From NCBI GenBank assembly GCA_050273025.1, contig CP158635.1, forward strand, positions 11,408,001 through 11,472,000: a stretch of DNA of 64,000 bases. Direction: 5' to 3'. The notes under the pieces were generated by a model. The model did no database searches. It worked only from the letters and a program-made list of their open reading frames with translations, and was not told the DNA's origin. A program made the position numbers and the translations under genes. The stretch's first letter is position 1. Each line of letters starts with the position of its first letter. Source of the DNA: Cenococcum geophilum (Eukaryota). Shown here one piece after another: positions 49,818-64,000 of the stretch.

Positions 49818-51307
49818 CTACGATACCTTAACGAAAGCTAGTAGTCCAGCATTAGCGCCGACTTTATGCAAGTTTGGAGCATTAGCAATGGTAAGTTTTA
49901 CTTACTAGCATCGATCTGTTTGACTTGCGGGAGCGCTAGCCGCACCTTGTTCCTATATAATGCTGGTTGTCTCAGCTGCAATGGATTTCCCTCGAAATAC
50001 ACAGTTTCGAGCTCCTCTTTATCCTTCAGTTCCCGTTCAATCTCAGCAAAGTCACCAATTTTACAGTAGCTTGCCCATAATTCTTCCAGATACGTGAGTT
50101 GTGACAGGCCTGTAAGATGATCGATAGGGTTGCTACTGATATCAATGACGCGCAGATTAGTGTTGGATTCCAGGCCGGAGAGAGAAGTTAGAGCGTTGTG
50201 GGAGATGTGCAGTTGTTCTAGATTTGGCAAGGATGATAGGCCAGTTATGGAGGTGAGGCGGTTGGACTGAATGGAGAGGATTTTGAGATTTGTGAGAGTG
50301 TCTAGGCCCTGTAGAACAACGCGGTATATTAGCTCTCGCCGCTGGAGTGGAAGATGAAATAGCTTACCTTGATCTCCGTGATCTTGTTCTTTCCTAGCCA
50401 GAGCTCCTCTAGCCCTGTCAGAGTCTCAAGGTTCTCTAGTGTCTGTCCTGTCCATCAGCCCTATTCCATATCGAATGAGACTTCCTCCACCATAAACCCC
50501 TGACCCACCCTTATCCTATTCGCTCCAAGTTCCAACATCCTCAGATTTGTCAAGCCTTCCAAGCCTTCTATTGCGCTTATTTTATTCTGCACAAAATATA
50601 GGTCCTTCAGCTTCGTGAGATGGTTGAGCCTCTTGATGTGCTTGATCTTATTGAATGAGAGGTCTAAGGAGGTCAATTCGGTGAAGGCATCGAAGCCTTT
50701 GATATGTGCTATTAGGTTGTCGTACAAATCAACATCGTAAAGGGTGGGTGCAAGGCTTTCCGGGAGTTCAACGGTCGATAGCTGATTTTGGCGAAGGCAG
50801 AGTCGCTGCAGTGAATATTACTAACGTCCGTTCCATTATAATGTAAGGCCGCTTGAGAAAGACGACGCATACCTTGAGTTTCGTGAATCGCTCTAATCGT
50901 AACGCTGGTATGCTTGTTATCCGGCAGTGTACGAGGTTGATTTCCTGCACCACCATGGTCAGTATTCGAAATTTCGCCCTCAAGGAGCTCGAGATACAGA
51001 CATCCTCATCATCCTCATACTCATCCAGCAAATCTATAACACCCAAACATCAGCCTACCGCCTCAGCAATTCTCCTTCTCTTTTTTGCCTCCAACCCACC
51101 TTCATCAGCCTCAATCTGCTCCACAGGCAGTGCATCCTCGTCGGAGTGTTCCGGATCGCTCAGAGCACCTGAATTAGTTATCACGGGTCTCTTTTCCAAC
51201 CTCAACTTCCCATCCCAGCCTTTACTATCTCGTGGTGACTGGTGGTCAGTTTGGTTGTGTGCAGCATCACCAGGCAGTTCGACATGCGGGGTAGATTCTG
51301 AAGTCAT
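49818..51307 (-). CDS. SDS22: Protein phosphatase 1 regulatory subunit (LRR)
   Basis: RDSKGWDGKLR, LPVEQIEADE/DLLD, SDS22-type LRRs, ETVYFEGNPLQ...YRNKVRLALPQVKQIDA/TFVKVS*. Confidence 0.93.
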
Positions 51308-53122
51308 GGTGGCGGTTTCGCGGGCTCCAGGATTTCCTGTGTGGTGGTTGAAGAAGGCTATCACAGGCGAGCATCGAACGCACAAATATGTTTCGCTTTC
51401 AGTCCGGGCGGTGGCCAAGGGACACTTGGGCGTTGGGCGATGCCGCGCGGGTAGTGGTGGTGATACGTGGTGAAGGACCTCTTGCCGTCTTTGGGACCGC
51501 TTGCCGCATGAAGCTGCTGCAAAATTGTGCAAAGTTTGAATTTTATGCAAATGGTATCTCGACAACTCGACAGCTCGACATCTACGCGCTGAAGTCCTTA
51601 AACTTCACCGCCCTTCGTCTCCATTCGCTTTTGCTTTAGTTAATGCAGGTTTAAGGCTATTTGCTCCACTTGTGAGACAAAGGGAATGCAATGTTATTTG
51701 TCAGTTGAATTTTATCGGTGAGTTAACAAACCCCCTCCACATGAATTCATATTTGAGAAGTGTAATTAGTCATGCAACGAGGGAGTGCTGATCGGGTGCT
51801 CTTGATCTGGTATTTCGGAGTTCCTCAAGCTTTGACATATTATTACCCTTCAAGATTCCTCATTGGCACCTGAGGCGCTTTTAAAGTACGTATAATGGCA
51901 CCTCAACGTCTTCTAGACCTTCCGTAGCGATATCCAACTACGTCTCTCCTCGTCCACAAAGCTCTCTAAGGTGTCATTTCTGGATGCTTGCCATGCCAAT
52001 TATGTCCATGCATGATTCACTCTTCGAAATTTCCCAGAAGCAAGCCTCTCAAAAGAAGCCGAAGGCTCCAATAACAGTCCTGCCGTAGAAGTATTGAGGC
52101 AAATAGCCAGCCTTCGCTCTTACTGGCTGCCACACATTCAATGTAAAACATTAATAATACCAGATATAAACTCTTATTGAAGCTTTCTAGTAAGATTTCT
52201 AAAATTATAAGGACTGCACCAACTATCTCAGGTGAGGGTTCATCCCTTCCAACGGTGAAGTCCTACGAGAGTTGCGAACACTTAGAATCAAAAGTACGCG
52301 TATGATCACGGAGCCCTGATCGATAACCGTAGGACACATTTCACAGTTGGAAGGGATAAATTGGCATTTACGCCCTAGTAGAAATATTATGTACTAAACA
52401 GTCATGGCTGTGTCACCTTTCGCCATCTATTCTGTCCCACAGAGCGGACAGCTGATTTAAACTGTAAAACCCTCAGTTTTAAGCAACTCAGATTCGAAGT
52501 CTGGAAATATTTTGGGGACCCACAGCGTGTGCGAGAAGATGAGTAGCGTTGATGTCATAGCCTCTCGTATGCAATCCGTCAGAAGGCCAGAATCACAAGG
52601 CTAACAAAATCAAGGAAGAGAGCAAGGAGGAGTGGGTCGCAAACGCATTTGAGGATCACAACATATTTTGTAAAAAATATCCCGAAACGATGTACATTAG
52701 TGTATCAAATACGCAGAGAATAGATGAGGGGTTGTTCTAAGTATAAATTGATTCTGGCGAATCTTTCATGGCGACTAATTTACGCGAGCAATTTTGCAGT
52801 TCCTCCGTCGCTTCTACCTTTATAAATAGTAACGATTGCTGCATCGGAAAGTTTTAGGGGTTGAAGTCTACAATAGGAGAAGCTGTCAGCTTGCCAATTC
52901 GTCCATAGCACAACACCGTGAAGTCCTCTGTACTCGTGATCTGCGAGGAGGGAGCGAGGCTCTGGATCGGCCAGGCAGCCAGATGACTTGGAGCGCAACA
53001 AATGCTATCATGAACCACACCTTAGGTGAGACACTGGAATATATCGGCATGTGATTGTACCGCAACCACAGGATATGTGATGATAGACAGACGATGCAGC
53101 CTTTCCCGCTCTTCTAGAAGTA

Positions 53123-53458
53123 CAGGCAAAACTCCTTAATACGATACCGGGTATATAATGATACATTTTGTATTACGATCTACACGCCCTGATCGAGCCT
53201 TTTTTGGTGTAACTAACGATAACCCGACTTTTGACGATCTTGTTAAGCTCTACCACCAATATCGGTATAACTAGTTGTATGGGAATGGGGTATATCTGGC
53301 CCACAAAGAGGGAGATCTATACCCTTTAGGCTTTAAGATCCACTTTTTATTAAAGTTTTACCTTATTCACCCTACACGTGACTATTGATATAACAATACC
53401 ATTGGTATTACGATACATTTGGCGCCAAAACCCATACCGTACTAAAGAGTTTTGCCTG
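53123..53458. mobile_element. MITE, TA TSD, same family as 19077-19413
   Basis: TA|CAGGCAAAACTC...GAGTTTTGCCTG|TA. Interior colinear with the 19077 copy. Confidence 0.88.
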
Positions 53459-54585
53459 TACTCCTTTTGAAGGTGACGGGCGTAATTGCAAGGCATCCCC
53501 TGCGTTTAAGCGGCAAAGTTGCCTCCGAAGTATGTGGCGCTCGTCCAGGTCTCACTTTTGCGGGCAACGAATAACGAAGCCTTGACGACCGTTAAGGCTG
53601 CTGATAGGCCAAAGCTATCAAATCTGCGCATGTATCGTGGAGCCCTAGTCAAGGGTTAGCCGCCCATCGCACTGGGAATTGCCTGGCGGCTACACAGAAA
53701 CTGCTTCGAGGGGAGTCGAGAAGTCATTACGCGGCTGTATCGTCGCGATGGTCAATTGCACACGGGTTCGAATTGCCGTTCGCCAGTAGAGCACTAGCTG
53801 CGATTCGCATTCTGGGACAAGCAGGTTTGCTGTGGGCCAGCTAGAAGGCTCCGCAGCGCAAGGTAATCAGCTCAGGAAAGCACATTGCCCATTGGACTGC
53901 TACATCCAATCCGCTCAGCTTGACTTGTCGTTGAAATTTAGCTACCTTATTACCAGGCTAGACGGCATATCGCAGCAAGACGGCTAACACGAACCTGTGT
54001 TAGACGCGAGCCAAGGCCTAGGAAAGCAATACCTCAGAGCCAGCCCCTGTCGTGTCGCCCGCTACATTGCGGCCATCTCCTCATCCAGCCTTTGCCCAGC
54101 TGTCACTCCGCCCACACCCCGTCGCGACTCCATCTGCCAGCTATACCGCGACACGCCCTACCTTCAAAGTGCTTCGCCAGACCTGATCGCTACCCGGTGC
54201 TGACACTGCGAGACGGCACTCTCTTGCTCATCTCATTTCCGCTCTAGCATTAGGCGAGTTACCAGCCTCATCGACTCCAGACCTCCCCGATCTTCGCTCC
54301 ACGCTCCGTCCATCCAAGTTCTCCCCGTCTCCTTCATACTTCTAGCCTCGCACTGCACTCTCATTGCGACCTTCCCGCCCGCCGTCGCCCTCCCGCGCGA
54401 CCTCGGCCTGATCGCTGCCGCGCCGTCAATTGCCACTTTGAGAAGGCTAATTGCTTCGTCCCGGCGTCTTCCACCACGCGGAAAGCCCACCACGCGACAA
54501 CGCAAGGAGCGTCCGGCATCAGAACTACCCCGCAGAACGGCATTAAGCTGCTTCAGACGCCTTTCTGAGGCCTCCGTTGCCCCAG

Positions 54586-56659
54586 ATGAGCCACGAGGCC
54601 TTGCAGGCACCTGCGGATCAGTCTGGTCGAATTCCCGCGGCGGAAAAGGGCCTAACCAACGACGCCAACTCCTTTTCAGGACACGCCAACGGTTCAGGTG
54701 CGTCTCCTCGTATCATTTCTGCGTTCTATCATTCGTATATATCGCGCTAACCGCCTCTCACAATTTAGGGTCGACATCGTCACGAGACAATTCCACCACG
54801 AACGCCAACTCACGACTCCCCATACGAACATCTTCTCGAGAACCGCCATCTACAGAAGATCCCAGGAGATCCAGATCGACATCTGCGCAGGCCGCTGAAG
54901 ATACACTTACAACTGAAGAGGAACCGCGGAAAAAACGGTCCCTACTTAGCATTCCTCATTCCTCGTCACAAACGCATGAAGATTCGACACCGACAGGCAC
55001 TGGATTGAGTGGAGCTACCGTGGCAGACTCATCAGAAAGCATAGGACGAGGCTCTAAACGCAGTCTCACCGGCAAGCGGAGGGCTGGAAGCACTGCCAGC
55101 AGCAAACACTCACAACAGAGACCAGCAACGTCAGAGAAACCTCCACAGCCCGCGCCTGTGGCCGAGCAACTAGAAGGGTCTACGCACAGTAAATCTAAGA
55201 AGAAGGGTGGCTTCTTTTCCTTTCTCAGTTGCTGCGGGTTGCCGACTGGCGGAACTCTTGTGGACCAGGAAGAAAACACGGAAGCCAACAAGAAGACCAG
55301 CAAGCTGCGTACCGGGCGTAGCCCCCAGCCTACCCCGTTGAAGAACCATGATGCAAGTGCGGCCGAGTCCAGCACGGCAGATTCGAAGGAACCTATGGAT
55401 GAGAAAACTGGTGACGCAGTATACGGCGGGGATAAACAGAACGAAAAGCCAATTCAGGGTGACGCAACAATGGACAAGCCAGCTTCAGATGTCCCGGCCA
55501 CGTCACCCAGAATCGTGACTAGAACCTCTTCATCTAGAAAGAAATCTACGGACCAGCCTCTTCCTCCTCTACCAAATCAACCTGGACGTCTCGACACGGG
55601 TTCAGCGGCAAACCCCCAAGTCACAGTACAAGCACCAACTCCAGTGGTCACACAAGAGGAAGAGCAAGTCATACATGATCGGACGCCGGAACAGGAGCAA
55701 AGAGATACAGATATCGAGATGACAGACGCTCCACCTTCTCTACCAATATCCGCCAATGAAACGCACACGGCAGGAGAAGAGACTGCCAGTCAGTCGGTTC
55801 AGAGAGATTCTGCTCCAGTCAAAATCGATTTGCCACCACCACCTCCACTCGTCGAGCGTCAAGAGCCGACTAGGACATCTACTGGCGCCACGCCTCAGAA
55901 CCAGAGTCAAGAGACTTCCCTTGCTGTGACGCCAGCAGAGACCCAAAAATGGCTTCTACCGCCGATTAAGCCAGAGTTCAAAGGAAAGAAATGCCTTGTG
56001 TTGGACTTGGACGAGACGCTCGTGCACAGCAGCTTCAAGGTAACGCACTTATCCTGGCTCAGCTACCATTTTACAAAGCTGACAATTCGCATAGATTCTT
56101 CATCAGGCAGATTTCACCATCCCGGTTGAGATTGAAGGACAGTATCACAATGTATATGTCATCAAGCGACCCGGTGTAGATGCTTTCATGAAGAGGGTTG
56201 GTGAATTATATGAAGTGGTAGTATTTACCGCCTCGGTGTCAAAAGTGAGTTTTGCTAATTGTGATGGTGGATTCCATGGCTAACATGGCAATGTAGTATG
56301 GTGATCCGCTTTTGGATCAGCTCGACATTCACGGTGTAGTACATCATCGGTTGTTCCGAGAAAGTTGTTACAACCATCAGGGAAATTATGTTAAGGTCTG
56401 TAGAAGCTTTGCCAAGCGTTTCAGACAAGCATTAACATATCTGCAGGATCTATCACAAGTCGGGCGCGATCTACGGGAGACAATTATTATCGACAATTCC
56501 CCAACATCGTACATCTTCCACCCGCAGCACGCCGTCCCAATCAGCAGCTGGTTTTCCGACGCTCACGACAACGAACTGCTCGACCTGATTCCGGTGCTCG
56601 AAGATCTCGCGGGCTCGCAGGTAAGCGACGTAAGCCTGGTTCTCGACGTAGCGCTATAG
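54586..56659 (+). CDS. PSR1: NIF/CTD small phosphatase (HAD family), Psr1-like
   Basis: ATG 54586, intron 54698-54768. [40 protein letters not shown], ending LVLDVAL*. Confidence 0.92.
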
Positions 56660-58107
56660 CATCCTCTCTCCATGATCGTGTGCAACGAACATTTCGATTC
56701 CAAGCATTACCTAGCTTTAGATTGTACTGTTTAATCCCTTGTAATTTGCATGGCGGCCAGGGCCCTTAAACGGAGTGTTGTTGAATCTCGCTCTGGAAGC
56801 CCCCTCTCCTCCCCCTTCCTCCCCCCAGGCGGCAGTGCGTGTCTTTCTTCCAACCAGCTTTTCTCACCGCACCGGCGCGCTCCAGAGTGTCTGTTGCGGA
56901 TGTGTTCATAACCCAAAAAGCAAAAAGTCCCCTTAGCGGAAGGGACACTCACATTTTCTGATGCATCAAAAGAGTCGGATTAGGGCGGGGGAGAGCCAAG
57001 AGAGGAGGACAAGGTTGCGCAAGGGAACGGAGACTTATACTTCCTTTTCTTGCGCCCCCGCCTCCCCTGCTGCTTTCCCCTTGCTCATGTTTTCCTGTTT
57101 TTATTTCTATTTTCCTCCGCGAGGTCACTGGATATGTATACCTGTCTATTTCGTCCCCCCCATTCTCTTACCTCACCACGCGCTGCCTTCGCGGTGCAAT
57201 CATTTTTTCTTTCCTTTTATCTGCCGAGCCAGCGGTATTCTTTTTGCTTGTCTTTGCGTGATGGGGGGCTGAGGCCTTTTTTGGACTAGCATTTGTGGGA
57301 ATCAAGAACATCAGGGGCTCTTTCCATCCGTCTAATCCATCCATCTATCCGCTTCTCTGCTTCTGACTGTGTCTGCATCCGTGTCTGCGAGAGGGGGAGG
57401 TGGGGTCCGGGTGCGCGGCTCTTTTTCCTTCTCTCCCCGCCCGCGACTGGAGCGTGCGTGAGTGTGTGCGTGCTGTGTGTGAGTGAGTGTGTGCTTGTGT
57501 GATTGGCATGCTTGTGCATCTGATTGTGTGCTGAGAGGCGCGCAGACTTAACTACTTGGGACTTTTTCTATACTCTCCTTTGTCTGGCTCGGAATTTTTT
57601 AATTTCTCTATTTTTCCCTTTTTTGGTGGCCGTTGGAACGTGTTGTGGGCTTTCTTTTGTTGAGATGGGATCGGCGAGTTTGTATGGAAGATAGTCAGAA
57701 GGGAAGGGAGTAGGTGATAGGGGCAGAATAAATATATATCAATCCGCTCATTTGACGCATTTGCTATGTGACAAGGCTGAGATGCGGGCAACGGGGGCAC
57801 GAGATGAGGTGAGATGAGGTGGAGGCACGTGCAGGGGGGTGATTGGAAGGAAGGGGGTTACTGGGTACAGCGGAAACAGTTCCTAGAGGGAGTACAAGAA
57901 GCTCGAGTTTAAGCCGCGCAGTGTGACAAGCCCGAAGCCTTAGGGCTGACCGGGCTGGGCGGCCTTGCGCATGCCTTTGTCCTATCCTACGTTGCGTGGC
58001 ATGCCCTGCTCGCCATGGACATCCCTCCATGCTAATTCCCACTCTATTTCCGTTTCCCTTACGTTTCGTTATTCTGTTGCGTTTTCACCCGATACCCCGA
58101 TCTCGCT

Positions 58108-59337
58108 CTACCGCCTCTTCTTCCAAATCTTCACAAACTCAATCTTCTCCTGCACCCCCAAACCAACCCTCTTTACCCGCCCCAGCCGTGCCAAGTCCTC
58201 CCCCACCCGCTCCAGCACGTGCCGCTCGTCGCCGCCCAGCCCGTCGTCGGCCGCCGCCTCGCTGTCTACCAGCGTATCGCTGCTGCTCACGTAGTCGCCA
58301 ATCGACGTGCTATCGAAGAAATTCGTATCATATGCGCCTTTGTGCACCCCGTTACGCCTCGCAGCAGAGTTGGTCGTCGCAGCGGAGGGCGTGGTCGGCG
58401 AGGCGTTGTTGTAGACGCACTCGGCGATGCGCACGCGGATGCAGTGCGTCGGCTTCGAGGCCAGGCGCCACAGCCACGAGAGGTACTCGCTGGGCACCGG
58501 CGTCGTGATATCGCCGGGGGTGTAGCGCAGGCTGACGGGGAAGATCTTGGTGCTGGGCGGTGCGGAGAGCAGGCTTAGCGAGAAGGGTAGGATGCCGCGG
58601 CCGTTCGTGGTGGTGCATTCGGGCAGCACGACGATGATGGCCGAGGGGTTATCGGCGAGTAGCGCGGAGAGCGTGGTCAGGCGTGCGGAGGGAGGCGGAT
58701 GGAGGGATGGTGGGAGGAGGGCGAGCTGCATAGCGCGGAAGAGTGAGATGCGCTGCACTTCCCGCGTTGTGGGATAGGAGGCTGTGAAGATGGGGTCGAA
58801 GATAGCGGCGAGGTAAAGACAATCGAGGGGCGAGGTAAATGAGGATGCGATGATGGTGCCGGGGGAGGGGAGGCGATGCGCATTTTGCTTGGCTAGAGAG
58901 CTGGGAGGTGTCAGCACAGCTGAGTAGAGAGGTTTCGGGAGGTTTGAGTTGCATCGGAGATGTTTGTGGACAACTTTACCCTCTCTTAACGCGGTCTATC
59001 TGCAGATCTATCCACCATATGCCTGGTATCCCAATCATGCACCACAATGCAGCCTTCTTGGCTAGCGACCCGACTGGCAGCCATCGCAAGATGACAAAGT
59101 AGAAGATCGACATGCAGAGCAGCGGGGGGACACGGATGGCGAAAAGGAAAATGTGGATTGGAAGGAAGAGGAATCCTGTAGGCGGAGACGGAATAGGGAA
59201 GAATGGTGCAATGCCAGATCCTGAGATTTTTTTAGCAGCCATCGGTGGGAAGACATGTGTGATTGATGCATGAAATGTGGAAAAAAGTGACAGTCTTATT
59301 TCTCACCTCTGTCGCGGAACTGCGAATATTTCTCCAT
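58108..59337 (-). CDS. VPS66: Lysophosphatidic acid acyltransferase, Loa1/Vps66-like
   Basis: MEKYSQFRDR/GSGIAPF, SFTSPLDCLYL, VLPECTTTNGRGIL, RVKRVGLGVQEKIEF. Confidence 0.88.
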
Positions 59338-59764
59338 TTTGCTTCGAAGCTGTAAGATTGCGCGTTACCTGTCCATCAGAGAGTAAGAAGTCGGCTTGCA
59401 GCAGAGGATGGAGGAGCGGATGTGATAACGAGGTGGTCGCAAAGTGACGGTGCAGGGTTGGTAATATGCCGACGAAATGTCGCTTGGCGCGCGAATGGTG
59501 ATGTCGCGCATGTGAAAGAGAGAGCGAGCGGTGGCTGATGGTTGTGGCTGATTACTACGGGGCGGTGCATGTTTCCGATCCTTTGGCTGCCCGTCGCTGC
59601 TTTGTTTACTCGCCCCGACTTCGAAAACACCCATACCCACCACTACCAGCGCTGCTTGACAACCACCAATTCCACCACTTTCTCGGCTATCCTTCTTTCC
59701 AGACCCTCAATGGAGTGCTGAGTCTCTTTCTTGTATTTGACGATCCTGCTCTGACTTTACCGCC

Positions 59765-62700
59765 ATGGAATCAAATGAGAATGCGGTATGCCGTCTCCCT
59801 CCGCTACCTCTAGATACTGATGCGCGCAATGCTTCTTCAGCTGTCGAATTGTCCAATACTAACAAAATACGCTGTGACAGTCTATTAGAGCCTCTGGGCT
59901 ACGGCCGCCTTCTAAAATACCCCCTCTATCTCCACCAACAAAGGGCCTCATGGAGATGTCTCAGTCTACCAACAATTCGAGAGCAATGTTGCCGCCTCCG
60001 AATCAAGGAGCGACTCAGAAGCATAAACCTTTCGGACGTATGCGCTATCCAATATCTAGTAGTAAACTCCATGGCTAATCCCCGAACCTGCGCAGTACCC
60101 GAACCTGCGCCTAAACAGCGAAAGACACTGATGGAACGCGGAGGCGAGCCAATTCGACAGAGCCAGCCAGCTCCGCCGAGCACGAAACCCGCAAATAGCA
60201 CCGTCAAGGGTACTGCGGCGAATGGCGTCAGAAATGGAACATTCTCATCTTCGACTTCCCGCGTCCCATCCGCTGCGTCGTCGCGACCTATGTCAACTTC
60301 GTCTTTCGGTAGCAGCGTGGGTCACGGAAGCAAGCCACCATCCGTGATGAACAACTATCGTCCGCAAACAGCATACGGTCAATATGGCCATAGTAGGAGC
60401 GCCTCTCATCAACCGACCTCACGTCCTAAATCATCGTTTGACGATCGTTCGATGGGAGGTGAGCAAGGTGTTGATACACGCAAAGGTTCCACCCCAATTT
60501 TCGTTACTGCATATCAGCAACGTTTGAATTTGAAGAAGCTGCGAGGACGCAACGACTCCCGGGATTATATATATAATATCGGGTCAAACGGCCTTGCTGC
60601 AACCCCCCCTCCCCAAACACCCTCTCGTCCCTCTTCACAATCATTTGCGGTCGTCCCTTATCGAGATTGCTCCCTGAGCTCGGTCTTTGAGAGCCTCTCT
60701 CTTAGCTCGAGCTTTAATGCAGAAGAGGACTGCAATGCAATCCTTGAAGAGGAACATCAACTGCTTATGACCCCTTCTCGTATACCCCGAGCTGCACCAA
60801 CACCTCAACGTGTTGTTTCTCCTACACCTATCATGGCCACTTCAAGGTCATGTTCACGTGCCAGTTCACCAAGCAAACCAAGATTTTTGTCCAAGTATTC
60901 TAACACGCGTGAGGCAGTTTGGGACACTGAAAGCCGAATCGAAAATATGGAGCAAGAGTTCAACAATTTCAAAAAGACCGTGGAAGGCACGGTGACTGAA
61001 AGGAACTCTTTGAAGGAAACCGTCGATATATTGAAATCTAGGCGTACGTCTCTTTTCGCTATTCGTTCTTCTGTTCAAGAGTTTTTGGCTACCATTCCTA
61101 TGCGTTCCCCGAGTAATTTGAAGTTGACGTATGGGTTGATTTCTGTAGTCAATGAATTGGAAGGTATCCGCACACAACTTACAGCGATCAATACTAAGCT
61201 GCAGACTGAACTGGAAGATACGAAGGTTAAACTCTCGACTTCCAATATGGCTTTAGAAGATACTCGGAGGAGTCATTCATTTGAAGTGGACGATCTCCGA
61301 CGGAAACATCGCAACGACATGGAAGACCTACGGGATCAGCATCGCAAAGAAACGGAGAGGTCACGCAAAGGCACCGAAGAAGAAACCACCAAATTACGAA
61401 AGGAGTTCGAAGCCGAACTCGACAAGCTAATTAAACTTCACAGAGATGAGTTGGCCGAATCGGAGCGACGGTTGAAGACTGAGATTGAAGATGAGCGGAG
61501 CAGGAGAACACGAGAAGTACAGGAGATTCAAACACAGTGTGCTCTAAGAATCCAAAATGCTGGACTAGATCTTGACGTCAAGGAAAGGGAGGCCCAGAGT
61601 ATTCGAGGAGAACTTGCTCAAATTACCTCAGAGCTAGAACGGGAGAAGTCTCTGAAGGCCAATCTCCAAGATAGGCTAACGGAGGCATCAGCAAACAATC
61701 TAACCCTAGAGACATCGAACCGCGCAATGAAGGCCAATATCGATTTCCTCGAATCTGGCAATCAGGCCCAGTCACAGGCCTTCGCAGATTTGCACAGACA
61801 AATGCAGGAAGCAATCGATGCAGCAGATCTTGCCAATGAAAAGCTCCGTGCTGAAGAAACACTCCGCCGCAAGCTGCATAATCAAGTCCAAGAACTTAAA
61901 GGCAATATTCGCGTCTTCTGCCGTGTTCGACCAGCGCTTACGTCGACCGAAACCGGACCAGCCAAAATCGAATTTCCGGACGCGGATACTGATAGTAAAG
62001 AGGTGGTTATCCAAGGTCCAGAGCAACGTAGCGCGCTTGGAAACGTTACCACAGCTATCAACCCCTTTTCCTTCGACCGCGTGTTCGGTCCTCAATCACA
62101 AAACGCCGAGGTGTTTGAGGAGATTAGCCAGCTAGTGCAGAGCGCGCTTGATGGCTATAATGTGTGCATTTTCTGCTATGGTCAGACTGGTTCCGGTAAG
62201 ACTTTTACCATGTCCGCCGCTGACGGTATGATTCCACGAGCCGTGCAACAAATCTACGCTGAGGCCACTCGACTTGAAGAAAAGGGCTGGAAGTATAAGA
62301 TGGAGGGCTCTTTTGTTGAAGTATACAACGAGAACCTCAACGACCTCCTTGGAAAATCGGAGGACCTGGACAAGAAGAAGCTCGAGATCAGACATGATAC
62401 GGCGAAAAAGCAGACTATTATCACAGATGTCACGGCTGTGCTGCTTGATGGACCTGAGCGCGTTCATGAGATGCTGAAGAGAGCGACCAATAATCGTAGC
62501 GTCGCGGCCACAAAGGCTAACGAGCGCTCCTCGCGAAGTCATTCGGTGTTCATCCTCAAGCTTCTGGGCAAAAACAGCATTACCGGAGAGAGGAGCGAGG
62601 GTACTCTCAATCTAGTTGATTTGGCAGGCAGCGAGAGACTCGCTCACAGTCAAGCTACGGGAGAGCGCCTCAAGGAGACACAGAGTATCAACAAAAGCTT

Positions 62701-63071
62701 GACATGTCTCGGGGATGTCATCAATGCACTAGGGAATGCGAAGGAGGGCTCCCATATCCCGTACCGGAACAGCAAGGTAAGTTCATGCTGGGCTCCGGCA
62801 GCTCTTAAAGTTATGAGGAACAGCTTGCTAATGCTCATTCCAGTTGACCTACCTCCTGCAGTATTCTCTCGGTGGCAACTCGAAGACGCTCATGTTCGTC
62901 ATGATCAGCCCACTCCAGGCGCATCTGAACGAAACTATTACGAGTTTGAAGTTTGCAACAAAGGTATACCTCGAATCTTTACTCTTGTCGAACGTCAAAA
63001 GCTAATTATAGCCATAGGTGCACAACACGCACATTGGCACAGCCAAGAAGCAGACCAAAACCAAGGACTAA
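59765..63071 (+). CDS. KAR3: Kinesin-14 (C-terminal motor), Kar3/KlpA
   Basis: Coiled coil, then [48 protein letters not shown]. Last exon [17 protein letters not shown]. Internal intron structure only partly resolved. Confidence 0.95.
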
Positions 63072-64000
63072 ACACTTTTGCATGCACGGCCATCTATTTT
63101 GCGTTTCTAAACGGTTGGATTGGGTAATAGCGTACGATATTACCAGCGTAGCAAGAAAACGCGCTGTTGGGTACCCCTTGAGCGCTTCATGTATCTCTTT
63201 TTTTTTTCCGGCAGCGAATCGAAGCGTCCAAGTCGGCTTGCTTCACTGACTGGCGTTTTGTCTAACGATTGGGCGTCCTGGGAGGAAGGGGAAGAGCCTC
63301 AAATCGGGCTCGGCTTTGCTGTGCTTATTTTATGTGGCGGCGGTTTTTCGGTGTTTTCAGGTACGGATTTTTGGGTTGGGGGATTATAGTAGGTGTGAGA
63401 TGGAGGTAGGATGAATTGTAAACATCTTGACTATTTAATTCGTCGTTTGCGGGTGGGAGTGAAGGGAGTAGGTGGAATATGCGGGAGATGTTGGAGGAGT
63501 TTGACGAACACCGGCTTAGATATAAGAGCCGCAGAGAGTACCAGAAGCTCGAGATTACTATGATACTAGGACGAGACTCGCCGTACTCTTACCAGCTTTA
63601 GTTCCCTCGTCTCCACATATTCTGCTCGGACGCCCGAAACGGCGGGAAGACGACACGCCCAACTCCACAAACCAGAGCATCCAAGATGAGCCGCCTCCTA
63701 CACCTCCCCTCCACGACCTACAAACCTCCTAGTTCTCCTATCACCCTTCCCATTCACACCATCCCCCTCTCCACCACTACAGCCCAAGCCCGAGCCCCAA
63801 TCGCAACGGCAAGCAACCCGCCCACCACGGCCACAGCACCCGCCGCCCACATCACCATACCGCCCGGAACCTCGGCGCGCCTCCCACAGCATCTCCCCCC
63901 AGTATCAGTGCTCCAAGGCTCTCCAGCCCCCGCCTCGCCGCTGGCGTTGGTGTCGGACCCGATTGCGCGGTCTGAGCCATCATAGCGGCGGTCGTGGCTG

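Noticed and set aside
56731..58042. Short ORFs and GT-rich tract between PSR1 and VPS66
   Set aside because: Low-complexity convergent 3' UTR/intergenic sequence.
63686..63985. 99-aa Pro/Thr-rich ORF at the window end
   Set aside because: Low complexity and no motif; may belong to a gene extending beyond the window, but cannot be supported here.

Overview
Filamentous ascomycete (Pezizomycotina) genomic DNA: intron-containing genes alternate with AT-rich, TpA-enriched transposon blocks degraded by repeat-induced point mutation (RIP). Conserved genes: PRP38, a GT8-like glycosyltransferase, the PKA catalytic subunit, a class 3 lipase, coronin, SDS22, a PSR1-type phosphatase, a VPS66/LOA1 acyltransferase and a KAR3/KlpA kinesin-14. 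A DHA1 MFS transporter is inactivated by a hAT-type insertion plus two RIP-type nonsense codons. Mobile DNA includes a DIRS/Ngaro-like RT remnant, a Pogo/Fot1 element carrying a full chromovirus-type Gypsy and a repeat-filled TIR element, and several MITEs. Best novelty candidates: (i) a head-to-head pair, a HeLo-like/SesA-type N-terminal-domain gene and a VIT-vWA gene, inside a TE island, and (ii) a gene missed by the ORF track that ends in a SUMO-like domain retaining the di-glycine motif. All family calls come from manual motif recognition; no searches were run.
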